The notes under the pieces were generated by a model. It had not been told where the DNA came from, ran no database searches, and was given only the letters and a program-made list of their open reading frames with translations. From positions 4,038 to 68,037 of the IMG/VR virus record IMGVR_UViG_3300033121_001507: DNA of 64,000 bases; one strand, written 5' to 3'. Below, in pieces: positions 1 through 8,872 of this stretch (the stretch's first letter is position 1; the number at the start of each line of letters is the position of its first letter). Made by a program: the position numbers and the translations under genes. The DNA comes from a virus. Taxonomy: Duplodnaviria; Caudoviricetes.

Positions 1-67
1 AGCTTCGCTTGCGCCACACATTTCAATCTGTAGGCACAAGCGATATGCCTTATCCAACAGAGGATGC

Positions 68-463
68 TTAGTGATGTCCATTGGCTTTCTCCTCGCGGAT
101 TTTCTTACGGAGGGCTTCCAGCTTCCGTTCCGAACTTCGAGACATTCTCGCGGCCTGGACCGCCGCTTTCTCAATCTGTTCGACCTGATCCAGTTTCTTG
201 CTCATCATAGAAACTTGGTTTTCCAGGATGGATACCTTTTCAAGAAGATATTCCTTGTCGTAGTGAAGGATTACCATCTCCTTGGTCCACTCGTTGAGAT
301 GTTCTTTTCCTTGTTCGTGCCTTCTGACAACATCTCCCATTGTGATTCGCATCAGCCACACCTTTCCTTCTTCGTAAGGAATCCCCGAGGCCCGTGCCAA
401 CTCGTTCATCACCTTGAAATAGGTGAGTCCCTGACATGTGTGCAAGTCCCATACCATTCCCAA
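68..463 (-). CDS. hypothetical protein with C-terminal coiled coil
   Basis: ORF co-oriented downstream of the primase; helical, charged C-terminus; start uncertain. Confidence 0.55.
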   Translation of the reverse strand: MGMVWDLHTCQGLTYFKVMNELARASGIPYEEGKVWLMRITMGDVVRRHEQGKEHLNEWTKEMVILHYDKEYLLEKVSILENQVSMMSKKLDQVEQIEKAAVQAARMSRSSERKLEALRKKIREEKANGHH

Positions 464-524
464 TCATGGGGTTTGCCATCGAGGCATGGATCAGAAGCGT
501 TACCCAAACAGAGCTCTATGAACA

Positions 525-2765
525 TTAGATGTCTGCCTCCCAATTGAAATTCGTGGGCCAGTTATTCGTTTCCACCCAATGAGCTCGGCATTCAGCCAGA
601 GAAGGAAGGGTAACGTATTCCCTACGTTCTCCCTGAACCATCTTACGCTGTGAATGCACCGGAGTGCGCTTTGACAAGAAGATCCCGAGTTCCGTTTCGG
701 ATGACCTTCCTCCCCGAGGTTCCTTGTGGTGCGTTGTGATATACTGGATGTAGTCCTCGTGGAAAGCGGTCTTTATGACCGATTCGGGCCAATCCGCGTT
801 CCCAAGCTGACCAGATCTCAGTTTCTCATACCACCACTGTTCCGTTACAGAGAACGAAAGCAAGGATACCTGACGCTTTGCCTCGGTCATTGGGGGATGG
901 CGTAGGCTGTGCCAGTCAATCTTATGGGCCAACAGATCATACAAGAAGGCTTGCTGACCTCCGCTGTAAAGCTCTTCGCGGAGTGGGCCGAAGTATTGGT
1001 CGGACTGGCGATGCTTAGAGCTCACATCTAACACGAGGACTCGGCGATCGTCCTTCTCTACTGGGATGGGCCACTCGTTGTTCGAGGCAATAATGATATG
1101 CAACGCAGATGCTTCCTCCACCATTTTCAGAAACTTGCGGTGGATGGGGATGGTATCTTCGGTGATCATTCCCTTCAATTTGCCTGCTGCTCGGGGATCA
1201 CCTCCCCATGTTGATTCATCGGCGAACACATACACCTTACCAGACAGATGCTCGTTGAACTCGGCAGTCAGCTGATTCGATCCCAAGATGTGGAGATACT
1301 GTTGTGGGTGAAACAGTTTTCCAACCATCTGATGGGCGAAGTGTCCCTTGCCAACGCCTTGTCCACCTCGGAGAACGATAGCACTCATGGCGTGTCGGCC
1401 AGGATATTGAACCATCGCTGCTAACCAATTGAACACCCAATCGAAGTATTCCTGAGAACCATCACAAATGATATCCTTCATGTGTTGTTTGTTGCGTTCC
1501 CAGGTTCCCTGAGTTGGCGCTACAGTATACCCGAGCCAACCGTTGTAATCCATTGGGCCGACTACGGCGGTGGATCCGGGCATTCCGTATACTAAGCGAT
1601 CATATGCACGGCCCTTGGGAGATTCCAGCCATAAGTCGGAGAGGGATTCCTTTGTCTCCTTCGTCCCGTTCTTGCCCGACTTACGCTGGATTACGACTTT
1701 CTCCTTCACTAACCTCCGACGAAATTCATCAAAGGGCCAGAGCTCAACAATGGATCCCGTGTTGTCGTTCTCCATGACAACAACTTTGTTCCCAATGGAG
1801 ATGATTGCGTATTTCTTATTGAGCTCCTCGATGACTTCATCGATAGCGAGGGTGTTCTGTACAAAACCGGGACGGTCCTGTTGGTTCCAACACCGACGCA
1901 GGTAGGTGTCGAGGACTTCAAATGGGATGGGAGGGTTACACTTGACTTCATTCTCAGCATGGCACGCGGCCAGTGCTGCGGACATCGAAAGTCCCCGAGC
2001 TTTCTGGCTCCGAAGCAAAGCGAAAAGCAGCCCGTGTCGATCGCCTTTCTTTACTTCATCGGGGACTACGAATTTGGTGTTGGTGTCTTCGACTGGAGGG
2101 GGAGGTAGATGGACAAGCAGGTCTCCTTCTGAATAGACATCCCCGTGTCCTGCTACCCAAAGAACAGGTCGCGGTGGATCATACTTGAAATTGAAAGAGC
2201 CTGGAATTCGAAGGACTCGAACCGGTTCCGATACGGATTCGTCCACCACATCCGCGACGGAGGAAGCCATCTGGCGCAGCAGCGTTTTCGCTGCTTTCAT
2301 CCCATCTGCCATTTGCAGTAGGAACGGTTGACTAATCAACCAGTAGGGATGAAGGCCACCACCGGATTCGATAGTGAATGACGGCTTAATGGGGAAGTTG
2401 TAGATTCGCTTTCGCGTCTCCTCTTCCCCAAGGTGCTTAAAGTCGGCGTCAACGAACAAAGCCGTCAACACCTGACAGTGAGCACCATCTCCTTTCTTTG
2501 TTCTGCGAGATTCCTCGGTGCGGAGGGCAACCCCGAAGAATGCCCCAAGTCGCCGTTTTTCGGTTTCTGTGAGGAAGATTTGAACATCAGTCTCGGAGAA
2601 TTCCCCGTCAACAACAGGGAGAAATCTACGAAGTTTGTTCGCGTCTGGATGGTCGAATGTTCGAAGCTCCAATACCCCTGTCTGACCAGCATAGAGCTTC
2701 TTAAAGAAGGAGATCGCGTCATTCATCGACTCGACCTCCACTCTCGGTGGGCGATCTTCAGCCAC
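525..2765 (-). CDS. primase-polymerase/SF3 helicase fusion (RepB-like primase, PriCT-1, DUF5906-like NTPase)
   Basis: FVDADFK and ESGGGLHPYW primase motifs; GDRHGLLF...CNPPIP PriCT-like helices; Walker A GGQGVGKG; Walker B VFADE. Confidence 0.88.
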   Translation of the reverse strand: MAEDRPPRVEVESMNDAISFFKKLYAGQTGVLELRTFDHPDANKLRRFLPVVDGEFSETDVQIFLTETEKRRLGAFFGVALRTEESRRTKKGDGAHCQVLTALFVDADFKHLGEEETRKRIYNFPIKPSFTIESGGGLHPYWLISQPFLLQMADGMKAAKTLLRQMASSVADVVDESVSEPVRVLRIPGSFNFKYDPPRPVLWVAGHGDVYSEGDLLVHLPPPPVEDTNTKFVVPDEVKKGDRHGLLFALLRSQKARGLSMSAALAACHAENEVKCNPPIPFEVLDTYLRRCWNQQDRPGFVQNTLAIDEVIEELNKKYAIISIGNKVVVMENDNTGSIVELWPFDEFRRRLVKEKVVIQRKSGKNGTKETKESLSDLWLESPKGRAYDRLVYGMPGSTAVVGPMDYNGWLGYTVAPTQGTWERNKQHMKDIICDGSQEYFDWVFNWLAAMVQYPGRHAMSAIVLRGGQGVGKGHFAHQMVGKLFHPQQYLHILGSNQLTAEFNEHLSGKVYVFADESTWGGDPRAAGKLKGMITEDTIPIHRKFLKMVEEASALHIIIASNNEWPIPVEKDDRRVLVLDVSSKHRQSDQYFGPLREELYSGGQQAFLYDLLAHKIDWHSLRHPPMTEAKRQVSLLSFSVTEQWWYEKLRSGQLGNADWPESVIKTAFHEDYIQYITTHHKEPRGGRSSETELGIFLSKRTPVHSQRKMVQGERREYVTLPSLAECRAHWVETNNWPTNFNWEADI

Positions 2766-2917
2766 TCACGAACGTCTGGTCGTCCCTCGAGGTGGAACAA
2801 CAGAACATACAATTTCCTGGAATTTCTGGGCCAACGGGGATCAGACTCAGCGAAGGATGCGCAGAAGCCAACCGCATCATTGCGGTGTCGCTGGCGCATC
2901 AGCCAGGCGTAGAACAT
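2723..2917 (-). CDS. YozE/SAM-like small protein
   Basis: MFYAWLM..RHRNDAVG...D.RWP resembles the YozE family pattern; lies just downstream of a leftward promoter. Confidence 0.6.
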   Translation of the reverse strand: MFYAWLMRQRHRNDAVGFCASFAESDPRWPRNSRKLYVLLFHLEGRPDVREWLKIAHREWRSSR

Positions 2918-3017
2918 GAGCGTCTCCAGAGGCGGAGAGAGTAGCTTCGGCTCCTCGCAAGTAGGTTGCTTGGATTTTCAGAGTGATCGGCTCACCGAAG
3001 CTCACAGTGAGGCTTAC

Positions 3018-3046
3018 AGTATACACCTAACAACCTGGAATGTAAA
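3018..3046 (-). promoter_or_regulatory. sigma70-like promoter for the leftward primase unit
   Basis: TTTACA-N17-TATACT on the minus strand. Confidence 0.75.
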
Positions 3047-3090
3047 GCAGAATGTTTAGATCAAGCATTAAATATGGAACGTAGATTTAC

Positions 3091-3119
3091 GTTATAGGAA
3101 CCCTAATCCGCAGTATACT
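3091..3119 (+). promoter_or_regulatory. sigma70-like early promoter, divergent from the previous one
   Basis: GTTATA-N17-TATACT; upstream TAGATTTACGTTA is shared with the promoters near 7505 and 63320. Confidence 0.65.
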
Positions 3120-3172
3120 AGTAGCTGTAAGGCCGTAGGGTTTGCGATTTACACCTTAGTAGGAGACGCACC

Positions 3173-3472
3173 GTGAACAAGTATCACAATCCGTTTCTGG
3201 TCAATCGACGGCATCAGGAGTTCGGGAAGCGAGTGCTCTATGCTGCTCGTCTCCATCGAGCTCAGAAGAGACCGGGTGTCTTTCGCTACACCATCTTGGG
3301 CAGGACCCGGCGTGAAGGATTCGCTGTTCACGCGATCTACGGATACCTCGACAGCGCCGACCGGGAACAGGGTATCAAGGACTTGATGAAGCAGGGATTC
3401 AACTCCTTTACCCGTTACAACGACTATCGTGGTCGTTACGCGGTGGCCGCAATGATCTTGGAGAGGAAGTAA
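3173..3472 (+). CDS. hypothetical early protein
   Basis: AGGAG RBS; first gene after the promoter. Confidence 0.7.
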   Translation: MNKYHNPFLVNRRHQEFGKRVLYAARLHRAQKRPGVFRYTILGRTRREGFAVHAIYGYLDSADREQGIKDLMKQGFNSFTRYNDYRGRYAVAAMILERK

Positions 3473-3474
3473 CC

Positions 3475-3781
3475 ATGCACGGTTACAAGATCGTCTTCAA
3501 CAAGAAGGCTGATGGTCAGCTGACTTATATCAGCTTCTCCAGGGGTATGTCCTGCGTGACCTATCCCGTGGGTAAACCAGCCGTTCCTAAGCCCGGTTGT
3601 GGCCCGTTGGCAGTGTTCTCTTCTCTCGATGCTGCGTGTCATTTCCTTGGTGTTGGTGAAGTGAACCTGGCACAGATCTACTCCATTTGGTTGTGTGAAT
3701 ACACTCCCTCGGGGGGAGACCTTCCTGTGGAACGACTTCGATAGCAAGGGAGATCTTCCCGAGGGAACTGTGCTAGCATGA
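3475..3781 (+). pseudogene. paralog 1 of the GYK/GPLAVF/CEYTP family, frameshifted at a G6 run (3711-3716)
   Basis: Annotated ORF ends at 3744; removing one G restores ETFLWNDFDSKGDLPEGTVLA*, matching the sister genes. Confidence 0.7.
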
Positions 3782-4122
3782 TGGGCTACAAGGTTGTTCG
3801 CATCAATTTCGACTACGATCTATCCTACAAGAGCATTAGCCAGATGGGATATGCCGAGGTATCCTATCATGAGAAGAAAGAGGCAGTTCCTGAACACGGA
3901 TGTGGTCCTCTGGCTGTGTTTGACTCTCTTGAGTCAGCCCAGAACTTCTGTAAACTGACCGGGCTTTGGCCAGATCATTACAGGATTTGGCTGTGCGAAT
4001 ACACCCCATCAGACCACAAGACTCTGTGGAACCGATTCGCTTCTTCTAACCTGTTTCCGCTAGGCACAGTCCTGGCGGATTCCGTGACCCTTCTCTCCGA
4101 GGTGACTCATGATTGGCTATAA
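3778..4122 (+). CDS. paralog 2 of the tandem family
   Basis: GYKVV, GCGPLAVF, IWLCEYTP, GTVLADSV motifs. Confidence 0.85.
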   Translation: MMGYKVVRINFDYDLSYKSISQMGYAEVSYHEKKEAVPEHGCGPLAVFDSLESAQNFCKLTGLWPDHYRIWLCEYTPSDHKTLWNRFASSNLFPLGTVLADSVTLLSEVTHDWL

Positions 4123-4450
4123 GATCGTTTCCATCCAGAACTGCTTTGGAACACCCTACTACGCCAGTTATTCCATGTATGGAGGTAGCCGTGTTTTTTA
4201 TGAGGTAGGGAAAGAGGCTAAACCCCATCCCGGATGTGGTCCGTTGGCGGTGTTCTCAACCCTTGAGCTCGCTTGCTCTTTTTCAGGGGCTAGATGCTAT
4301 CAGGCGTTCGGTGATTTGTTCGCCATTTGGAAGTGTGAATACACTCCATCTAAGGAAATTAGCGTATGGTCACATCACTCTGAAAAGTGGAATCTACCAG
4401 AGGGAACTGTGTTGGCAGATTCGGTTATTCTGCTGGAAAGGGTTCTGTGA
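4109..4450 (+). CDS. paralog 3 of the tandem family
   Basis: GYKIV, GCGPLAVF, IWKCEYTP, LPEGTVLADSV motifs. Confidence 0.85.
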   Translation: MIGYKIVSIQNCFGTPYYASYSMYGGSRVFYEVGKEAKPHPGCGPLAVFSTLELACSFSGARCYQAFGDLFAIWKCEYTPSKEISVWSHHSEKWNLPEGTVLADSVILLERVL

Positions 4451-4806
4451 TGATTGGCTACAAGATCGTTCGACCATACTCCCGAGAGTCCACACTCATG
4501 TTTCGGAGCTTGACTCAGAACGGGTTTAATGCAGTGATGTATCCTGTGGGTGAAAAAGCCTTTCCCCACGAAGGATGTGGGCCTCTTGCAGTCTTTGACG
4601 AGTTGGCGCACGTCTATCTTTACCTTCAAATTTTCAGAGTGTGGGGAGGATATGCCATCTGGAAGTGTGACTACACTCCAGCACAAGGGAACTATTTGTG
4701 GAACAAATACGAGACCAAGTATAATCTTCCTTTGGGAACTGTTCTGGCCAGCTCAGTGACTCTGCTTGAGCCGATTACAAAAATACCACACGGGAACACG
4801 TTTTAG
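4450..4806 (+). CDS. paralog 4 of the tandem family
   Basis: Start at the ATG overlapping the TGA of paralog 3; same four motifs. Confidence 0.85.
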   Translation: MIGYKIVRPYSRESTLMFRSLTQNGFNAVMYPVGEKAFPHEGCGPLAVFDELAHVYLYLQIFRVWGGYAIWKCDYTPAQGNYLWNKYETKYNLPLGTVLASSVTLLEPITKIPHGNTF

Positions 4807-4867
4807 CGGTATACTTACTGTGTAAGGCCGTGGGGTTTGTGATTTACACCTAACAAGGAGTGGCTCA

Positions 4868-5041
4868 GTGAAGTATACCCTCTTGCTCAGCATTACCCCA
4901 AACGACTTGATCTCCCTCTGGGACACGAAGGAAGAACGAGCCGTGGGAGCTCTCTCCGTGGAACGCTTCGTTGACCTGGAGCTCACTCCCCAACAGGTCG
5001 AGCAACTCGAACTCACCCCAATTGAACCCGAGGTGTTGTGA
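4868..5041 (+). CDS. small hypothetical protein
   Basis: AAGGAG RBS, GTG start, MKYTLLLSITPNDLISLW...; follows a leader repeated from 3113. Confidence 0.5.
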   Translation: MKYTLLLSITPNDLISLWDTKEERAVGALSVERFVDLELTPQQVEQLELTPIEPEVL

Positions 5042-5268
5042 TGGAGCCTCGCTTTGGCTTTTCCCGCACGACCATGCCTAGCAAGTGCCCGGACTGCGGA
5101 GCCAAGATGTCAGAAGTGAAGCGTGGTCCGCTCTTTGGAGACCCGATGGATCGTAGTTACAGGGAATGTGACTGCGGTGCTATGGTTGTTTGGTCATTTC
5201 CAAACGACTTCAAGCTTCGCCACGTTCTTCCGATCTTTGACCCGAACCTCAGTCTTGGAAAGGCATAG
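5038..5268 (+). CDS. small zinc-ribbon protein
   Basis: CPDC...CDC cysteine pairs. Confidence 0.65.
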   Translation: MMEPRFGFSRTTMPSKCPDCGAKMSEVKRGPLFGDPMDRSYRECDCGAMVVWSFPNDFKLRHVLPIFDPNLSLGKA

Positions 5269-5269
5269 T

Positions 5270-5608
5270 ATGGCTAAGGGATACAAGGTAGTGGAGGTAT
5301 ACGTCTCCAAAGAGCGAAGATCAGCCATCCGAGGTGAGTTGGTCTACAGGAAAGATGAAGCAACGACTGCCCCAGAACGGAAACCAATCTTCGTCTTCAC
5401 TACGGCCACCGACGCAGAATCGTTCCGGCTGCATATCTCGAATGAACAGGATAAGCACGAGATCTGGGAAGTGGACTACACACCTGAAGATGATCAAGTT
5501 GCTTTTGACTTCGTTGACTACTACCTGCATCCTCAGGATCTCCGCCATGCTCTTCCTCGTGGGACAGCCTTCGCCTCTTCCGTGATTCTGAGAACTCTTC
5601 TGGACTAA
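5270..5608 (+). CDS. paralog 5 (divergent)
   Basis: GYKVV, PIFVF, IWEVDYTP, LPRGTAFASSV. Confidence 0.8.
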   Translation: MAKGYKVVEVYVSKERRSAIRGELVYRKDEATTAPERKPIFVFTTATDAESFRLHISNEQDKHEIWEVDYTPEDDQVAFDFVDYYLHPQDLRHALPRGTAFASSVILRTLLD

Positions 5609-5618
5609 GGAGCATCCC

Positions 5619-5984
5619 GTGACCTACAAGCGTGGATTCAAGATCGTTCGTAGCTTGCCAGCCAACACTTCTGTCGACGATCCTCGTGTGTCAATGAGGA
5701 TGTATGCAGATGGCGGTAAGATCCTGGTGTACCAAAGGAACAAGGTCACCAGAGCTCCTTTCAAGCATCAGCCCATGATGGTGTTTGATTCGTTATCCTT
5801 GGCTAAACATCACAGGGATTCTCTTACCTACGAGGTCGAACTTTGGTCTTGTGAGTATCTACCCACCACATTCAGTTCTGCGTGGAAGCGTTGGTGGGGC
5901 AGCCTGTTGGATCACCTCTTCGTTCCTCCCTATGGGACAAAGGCCGCATTGGAAGTCATTCTTCGAGAAAGGATCGACGAATGA
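5619..5984 (+). CDS. paralog 6 (divergent)
   Basis: GFKIV, PMMVF, LWSCEYLP, PYGTKAA. Confidence 0.78.
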   Translation: MTYKRGFKIVRSLPANTSVDDPRVSMRMYADGGKILVYQRNKVTRAPFKHQPMMVFDSLSLAKHHRDSLTYEVELWSCEYLPTTFSSAWKRWWGSLLDHLFVPPYGTKAALEVILRERIDE

Positions 5985-6346
5985 AGGGATACAAGGTAGT
6001 CTACGACGCCACTTTCGACGACGACTTCAGTGGTCCTATTGGAATACAGTTCGTGAGCTATTCCCTGTCTGCTGATAAGGCAATCTATATTCCCGGAGAA
6101 AAAACAGTCCCCCGACCAGGAAATGGTCCACTAGCTGTTTTCGACACCTTTGAACATGCTCTTGCTTTCTTGGGGAAAACTACTTTGGACTACCCTGTTG
6201 CCATCTGGGAATGTGAGTGGACCCCTTCGGAACACTTTAGCCTGTGGTATAGAGTAATGGATTCCGTTTTCAACGGACCCATTACCTATCCTGAGGGAAC
6301 GTGTTTCGCTTCATCAGTTACTCTTACAAAGAGAGTGGATTGCTGA
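5981..6346 (+). CDS. paralog 7
   Basis: GYKVV, GNGPLAVF, IWECEWTP, YPEGTCFASSV. Confidence 0.85.
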   Translation: MKGYKVVYDATFDDDFSGPIGIQFVSYSLSADKAIYIPGEKTVPRPGNGPLAVFDTFEHALAFLGKTTLDYPVAIWECEWTPSEHFSLWYRVMDSVFNGPITYPEGTCFASSVTLTKRVDC

Positions 6347-6347
6347 T

Positions 6348-6503
6348 ATGGATAAAGACATAAAAGGATATGTCATTCTGGTTGCTCTTGTTGTTTCCTT
6401 CGTTCTTGGGATGTTTGCGATTGATGCCTGGATTGCCAGAGAAGGAATGATACGAGGGTACTGCCGCCATAACTCCGAATGGGCTCCTTGCGTAAAGGAT
6501 TAG
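6348..6503 (+). CDS. small membrane protein
   Basis: MDKDIKGYVILVALVVSFVLGMFAIDAW...RGYC; one TM helix; resembles 13378-13590. Confidence 0.55.
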   Translation: MDKDIKGYVILVALVVSFVLGMFAIDAWIAREGMIRGYCRHNSEWAPCVKD

Positions 6504-6505
6504 AT

Positions 6506-6904
6506 ATGAAAACTTCGAGTGAAAGCACCATCAAATTCCTTCATGCCTCTGGATTGAACTCCTATGATGATCTGACAGATCAAGAGAAGGAATGCTTCAA
6601 GGACACACTGGTTCGCTTTGATAGTCTTAGATACGTGAAGCCAGTGTACTCCACGGAACCAGCTTACACATTTGATACGATTCAGTTGGTTTATGCTGTG
6701 TTGATGCAGGTGTTTCCAAAAAACTTCAAAGAAGAAGGAGATAGAAACATCAAAGAGTCAGTAATCTTTTTCCTTTGTTCTACCATTGCCGACTTTGCTG
6801 ACCCAACAGACTCAATAGCTGTCTTGGCACAGTTGTTTCAGGCACGAGTTGACCACATGGCTGCGATGCACCCCGAGGTGACAGGCAATGAATCAATCAA
6901 CTAG
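6506..6904 (+). CDS. hypothetical protein
   Basis: Tightly packed ORF in the early operon. Confidence 0.6.
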   Translation: MKTSSESTIKFLHASGLNSYDDLTDQEKECFKDTLVRFDSLRYVKPVYSTEPAYTFDTIQLVYAVLMQVFPKNFKEEGDRNIKESVIFFLCSTIADFADPTDSIAVLAQLFQARVDHMAAMHPEVTGNESIN

Positions 6905-7202
6905 GGATGCGTTCCACCATTACTATCGGATAGCTCAGTCCCTCAACAGATCGTGTCCATCGGGGATTGCTATCTGTATGCTGAATCGACAGCGACACGG
7001 AGTAATCGACCGTTACGATTACTACACTCGCCCAAGCACCGGATTCAAACCAAAAGGGCACATCAAGTCCTTGGTAAATGAGCTACGTGCTAAGGAAATC
7101 AAGATGATTCAGAAGATCAGTGATGAAACGGCTAATCGCTGGTTGACTCATCATCTGAATGGTGGTAGCTTGGAGTCTTTGAGCCGACAGAGGAAACGAT
7201 GA
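6888..7202 (+). CDS. hypothetical protein
   Basis: Overlapping start and stop with neighbours. Confidence 0.6.
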   Translation: MNQSTRDAFHHYYRIAQSLNRSCPSGIAICMLNRQRHGVIDRYDYYTRPSTGFKPKGHIKSLVNELRAKEIKMIQKISDETANRWLTHHLNGGSLESLSRQRKR

Positions 7203-7498
7203 CTGACTATGTTGTAGGGGTAATTCTTGCTGTAGCGATCAGTTTGCTGCCTATTAAGGTTGCTCCATTGGTCATACAACAAGTTTCGTCACAGAAGACT
7301 CTTCCACATGCGGTGTCTGTTGAAGGAAAAGAACAGGTACAGCTCTACGAATATCAAGAGAATGGAAAGACATTCCTCGAGGTTCGTGTGATGTATGATG
7401 GCGTCAACAGAGGATCTTTGATCACTATTGATCCTACAGCTAGAACTGTCAAGATTCCCACAAGGCCTCCTGTGCGGTGGTCAATCTCTGGAAGATAG
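7199..7498 (+). CDS. hypothetical protein with N-terminal hydrophobic segment
   Basis: ATGA overlap; VVGVILAVAISLLPI. Confidence 0.6.
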   Translation: MTDYVVGVILAVAISLLPIKVAPLVIQQVSSQKTLPHAVSVEGKEQVQLYEYQENGKTFLEVRVMYDGVNRGSLITIDPTARTVKIPTRPPVRWSISGR

Positions 7499-7504
7499 AT
7501 TTAC

Positions 7505-7533
7505 GTTACAGGAACCCGTTACCGTGCTACTAT
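7505..7533 (+). promoter_or_regulatory. sigma70-like promoter
   Basis: GTTACA-N17-TACTAT; leader nearly identical to the one near 63351. Confidence 0.65.
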
Positions 7534-7565
7534 GTTTATAGCGCAAAGGGGCGCAGGGAGGCACA

Positions 7566-7928
7566 ATGATCCGATCACTGATTTGGTTCCTGAACAACGG
7601 TTGCACCCACACTCCTCGGAGCCTGAATACGCTTCGCCTCCATGAAGGTGGAGTTCCGTGTCGAGCGTGCAAGCGCAATCCATTCTGTCTGACGTGGCAA
7701 GTCATCGTCGACGATGCCAACTCCCGTAACAGGGCGTCTCACCTTCCGACTCAGGATGAATCGATCACTTTCATTCTCGAGCATCCGGTGTTCGAGGACA
7801 TCTGCAAGCGTGCGGGAGTTGAGGTCACTCGGCGGCAAGCGGCGAAGTTTTTCAGAAAGAGCGGTGCCGCGTGGTCCGAATTCGTTCGTTCCAACCTGAA
7901 GGAGCTGCGCTGTGAAGATCTCCGCTGA
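7566..7928 (+). CDS. hypothetical protein with a CxxC motif
   Basis: GGAGG RBS; CRAC. Confidence 0.7.
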   Translation: MIRSLIWFLNNGCTHTPRSLNTLRLHEGGVPCRACKRNPFCLTWQVIVDDANSRNRASHLPTQDESITFILEHPVFEDICKRAGVEVTRRQAAKFFRKSGAAWSEFVRSNLKELRCEDLR

Positions 7929-8121
7929 ATCTCGTGAAAAGCTGCTGTATGCAATCAAGCTTCAAGAGAGAATGTATGACCTGTCCTTTGGTGAGGTCAC
8001 TCTTGGTGACGTTCTGAAGATTGCAGACCTTCAGACAGAGGTGTTCAAGGCTCAGACCACTTTCATGTCCGAGATTGTCTCGACACTCAAAGAAGAGGAG
8101 CAGGGAGATGGGACTCGATAA
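7912..8121 (+). CDS. hypothetical protein
   Basis: Packed ORF. Confidence 0.55.
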   Translation: MKISAESREKLLYAIKLQERMYDLSFGEVTLGDVLKIADLQTEVFKAQTTFMSEIVSTLKEEEQGDGTR

Positions 8122-8488
8122 CGGTTTCGGCTACAAGGATCCTTTCCACAACAGGATCATCATCCCCTTCTGCCAGTTTGACCCGCCTTTGCGGCTGGTT
8201 CGGGGGTTGGTTATTTCTTTCGGTGATGAGGACAATCAACTCCAGTTCCGTGGTCGTCGATACGACTCTTTCATCCAGGAAGTGACTGGTCAGAGCCTCT
8301 ACCAGGTTGAAGTCCACAAGGACGTGGTGAAGGAGATGGCTCAGAAGCTCAACAAGTTGGCTGAAGATCAGGTCGCCCTCGACGTGGTTGGGCAAGCCCA
8401 CATGCTTGAGCTCTCTCAGTGCCAGGATCTCGTGCGGGTATTCGATGCGGCCGCGAAGAACGACTGCACCCTCTTCGGGTGGTGGTAG
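8108..8488 (+). CDS. hypothetical protein, tandem duplicate A
   Basis: MGLDN.FG...PPLRL...FRG..Y...VTG.SL...CTLFGWW; homologous to the next gene. Confidence 0.75.
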   Translation: MGLDNGFGYKDPFHNRIIIPFCQFDPPLRLVRGLVISFGDEDNQLQFRGRRYDSFIQEVTGQSLYQVEVHKDVVKEMAQKLNKLAEDQVALDVVGQAHMLELSQCQDLVRVFDAAAKNDCTLFGWW

Positions 8489-8490
8489 AC

Positions 8491-8871
8491 ATGGGACTTT
8501 ACAACTATTTCGGGCATAGAGACACCCACACTGGTCAGGTCTACTATCCTCATCACGAATTCTACCCTCCTCTGCGATTGTCCCGGAAACGACTCTTCTG
8601 TCTTGGTGGGAGAAAGAATCAGTTCCAGTTTTACGGAGATCGTTACAATTACTTTATTCTTCGAGTAACTGGTGAAAGTCTGGGACAAGAAAAAATCCCT
8701 AAGACAGTCGTAAAAGAGATGTCAAGGAAGCTCAACGCATTGGCAGCTGATCGTGTGGAAATGAGCGTAGTGGGCAGGGCATGTGGTCTTAAGTATGAAG
8801 AATGCTTGGACCTTGTCATGCTGTTTGATGTTGCTGCCAGCCTCGATTGTACCTTGTTTGGGTGCTACTGA
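8491..8871 (+). CDS. hypothetical protein, tandem duplicate B
   Basis: MGLYNYFG...PPLRL...VTGESL...CTLFGCY. Confidence 0.75.
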   Translation: MGLYNYFGHRDTHTGQVYYPHHEFYPPLRLSRKRLFCLGGRKNQFQFYGDRYNYFILRVTGESLGQEKIPKTVVKEMSRKLNALAADRVEMSVVGRACGLKYEECLDLVMLFDVAASLDCTLFGCY

Positions 8872-8872
8872 C

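Noticed and set aside
1-60. Terminal repeat matching the window end
   Set aside because: No similarity seen between the two ends
3475-6346. Diversity-generating retroelement behind the paralog array
   Set aside because: No reverse transcriptase, and no near-identical template/variable repeat pair differing at adenines
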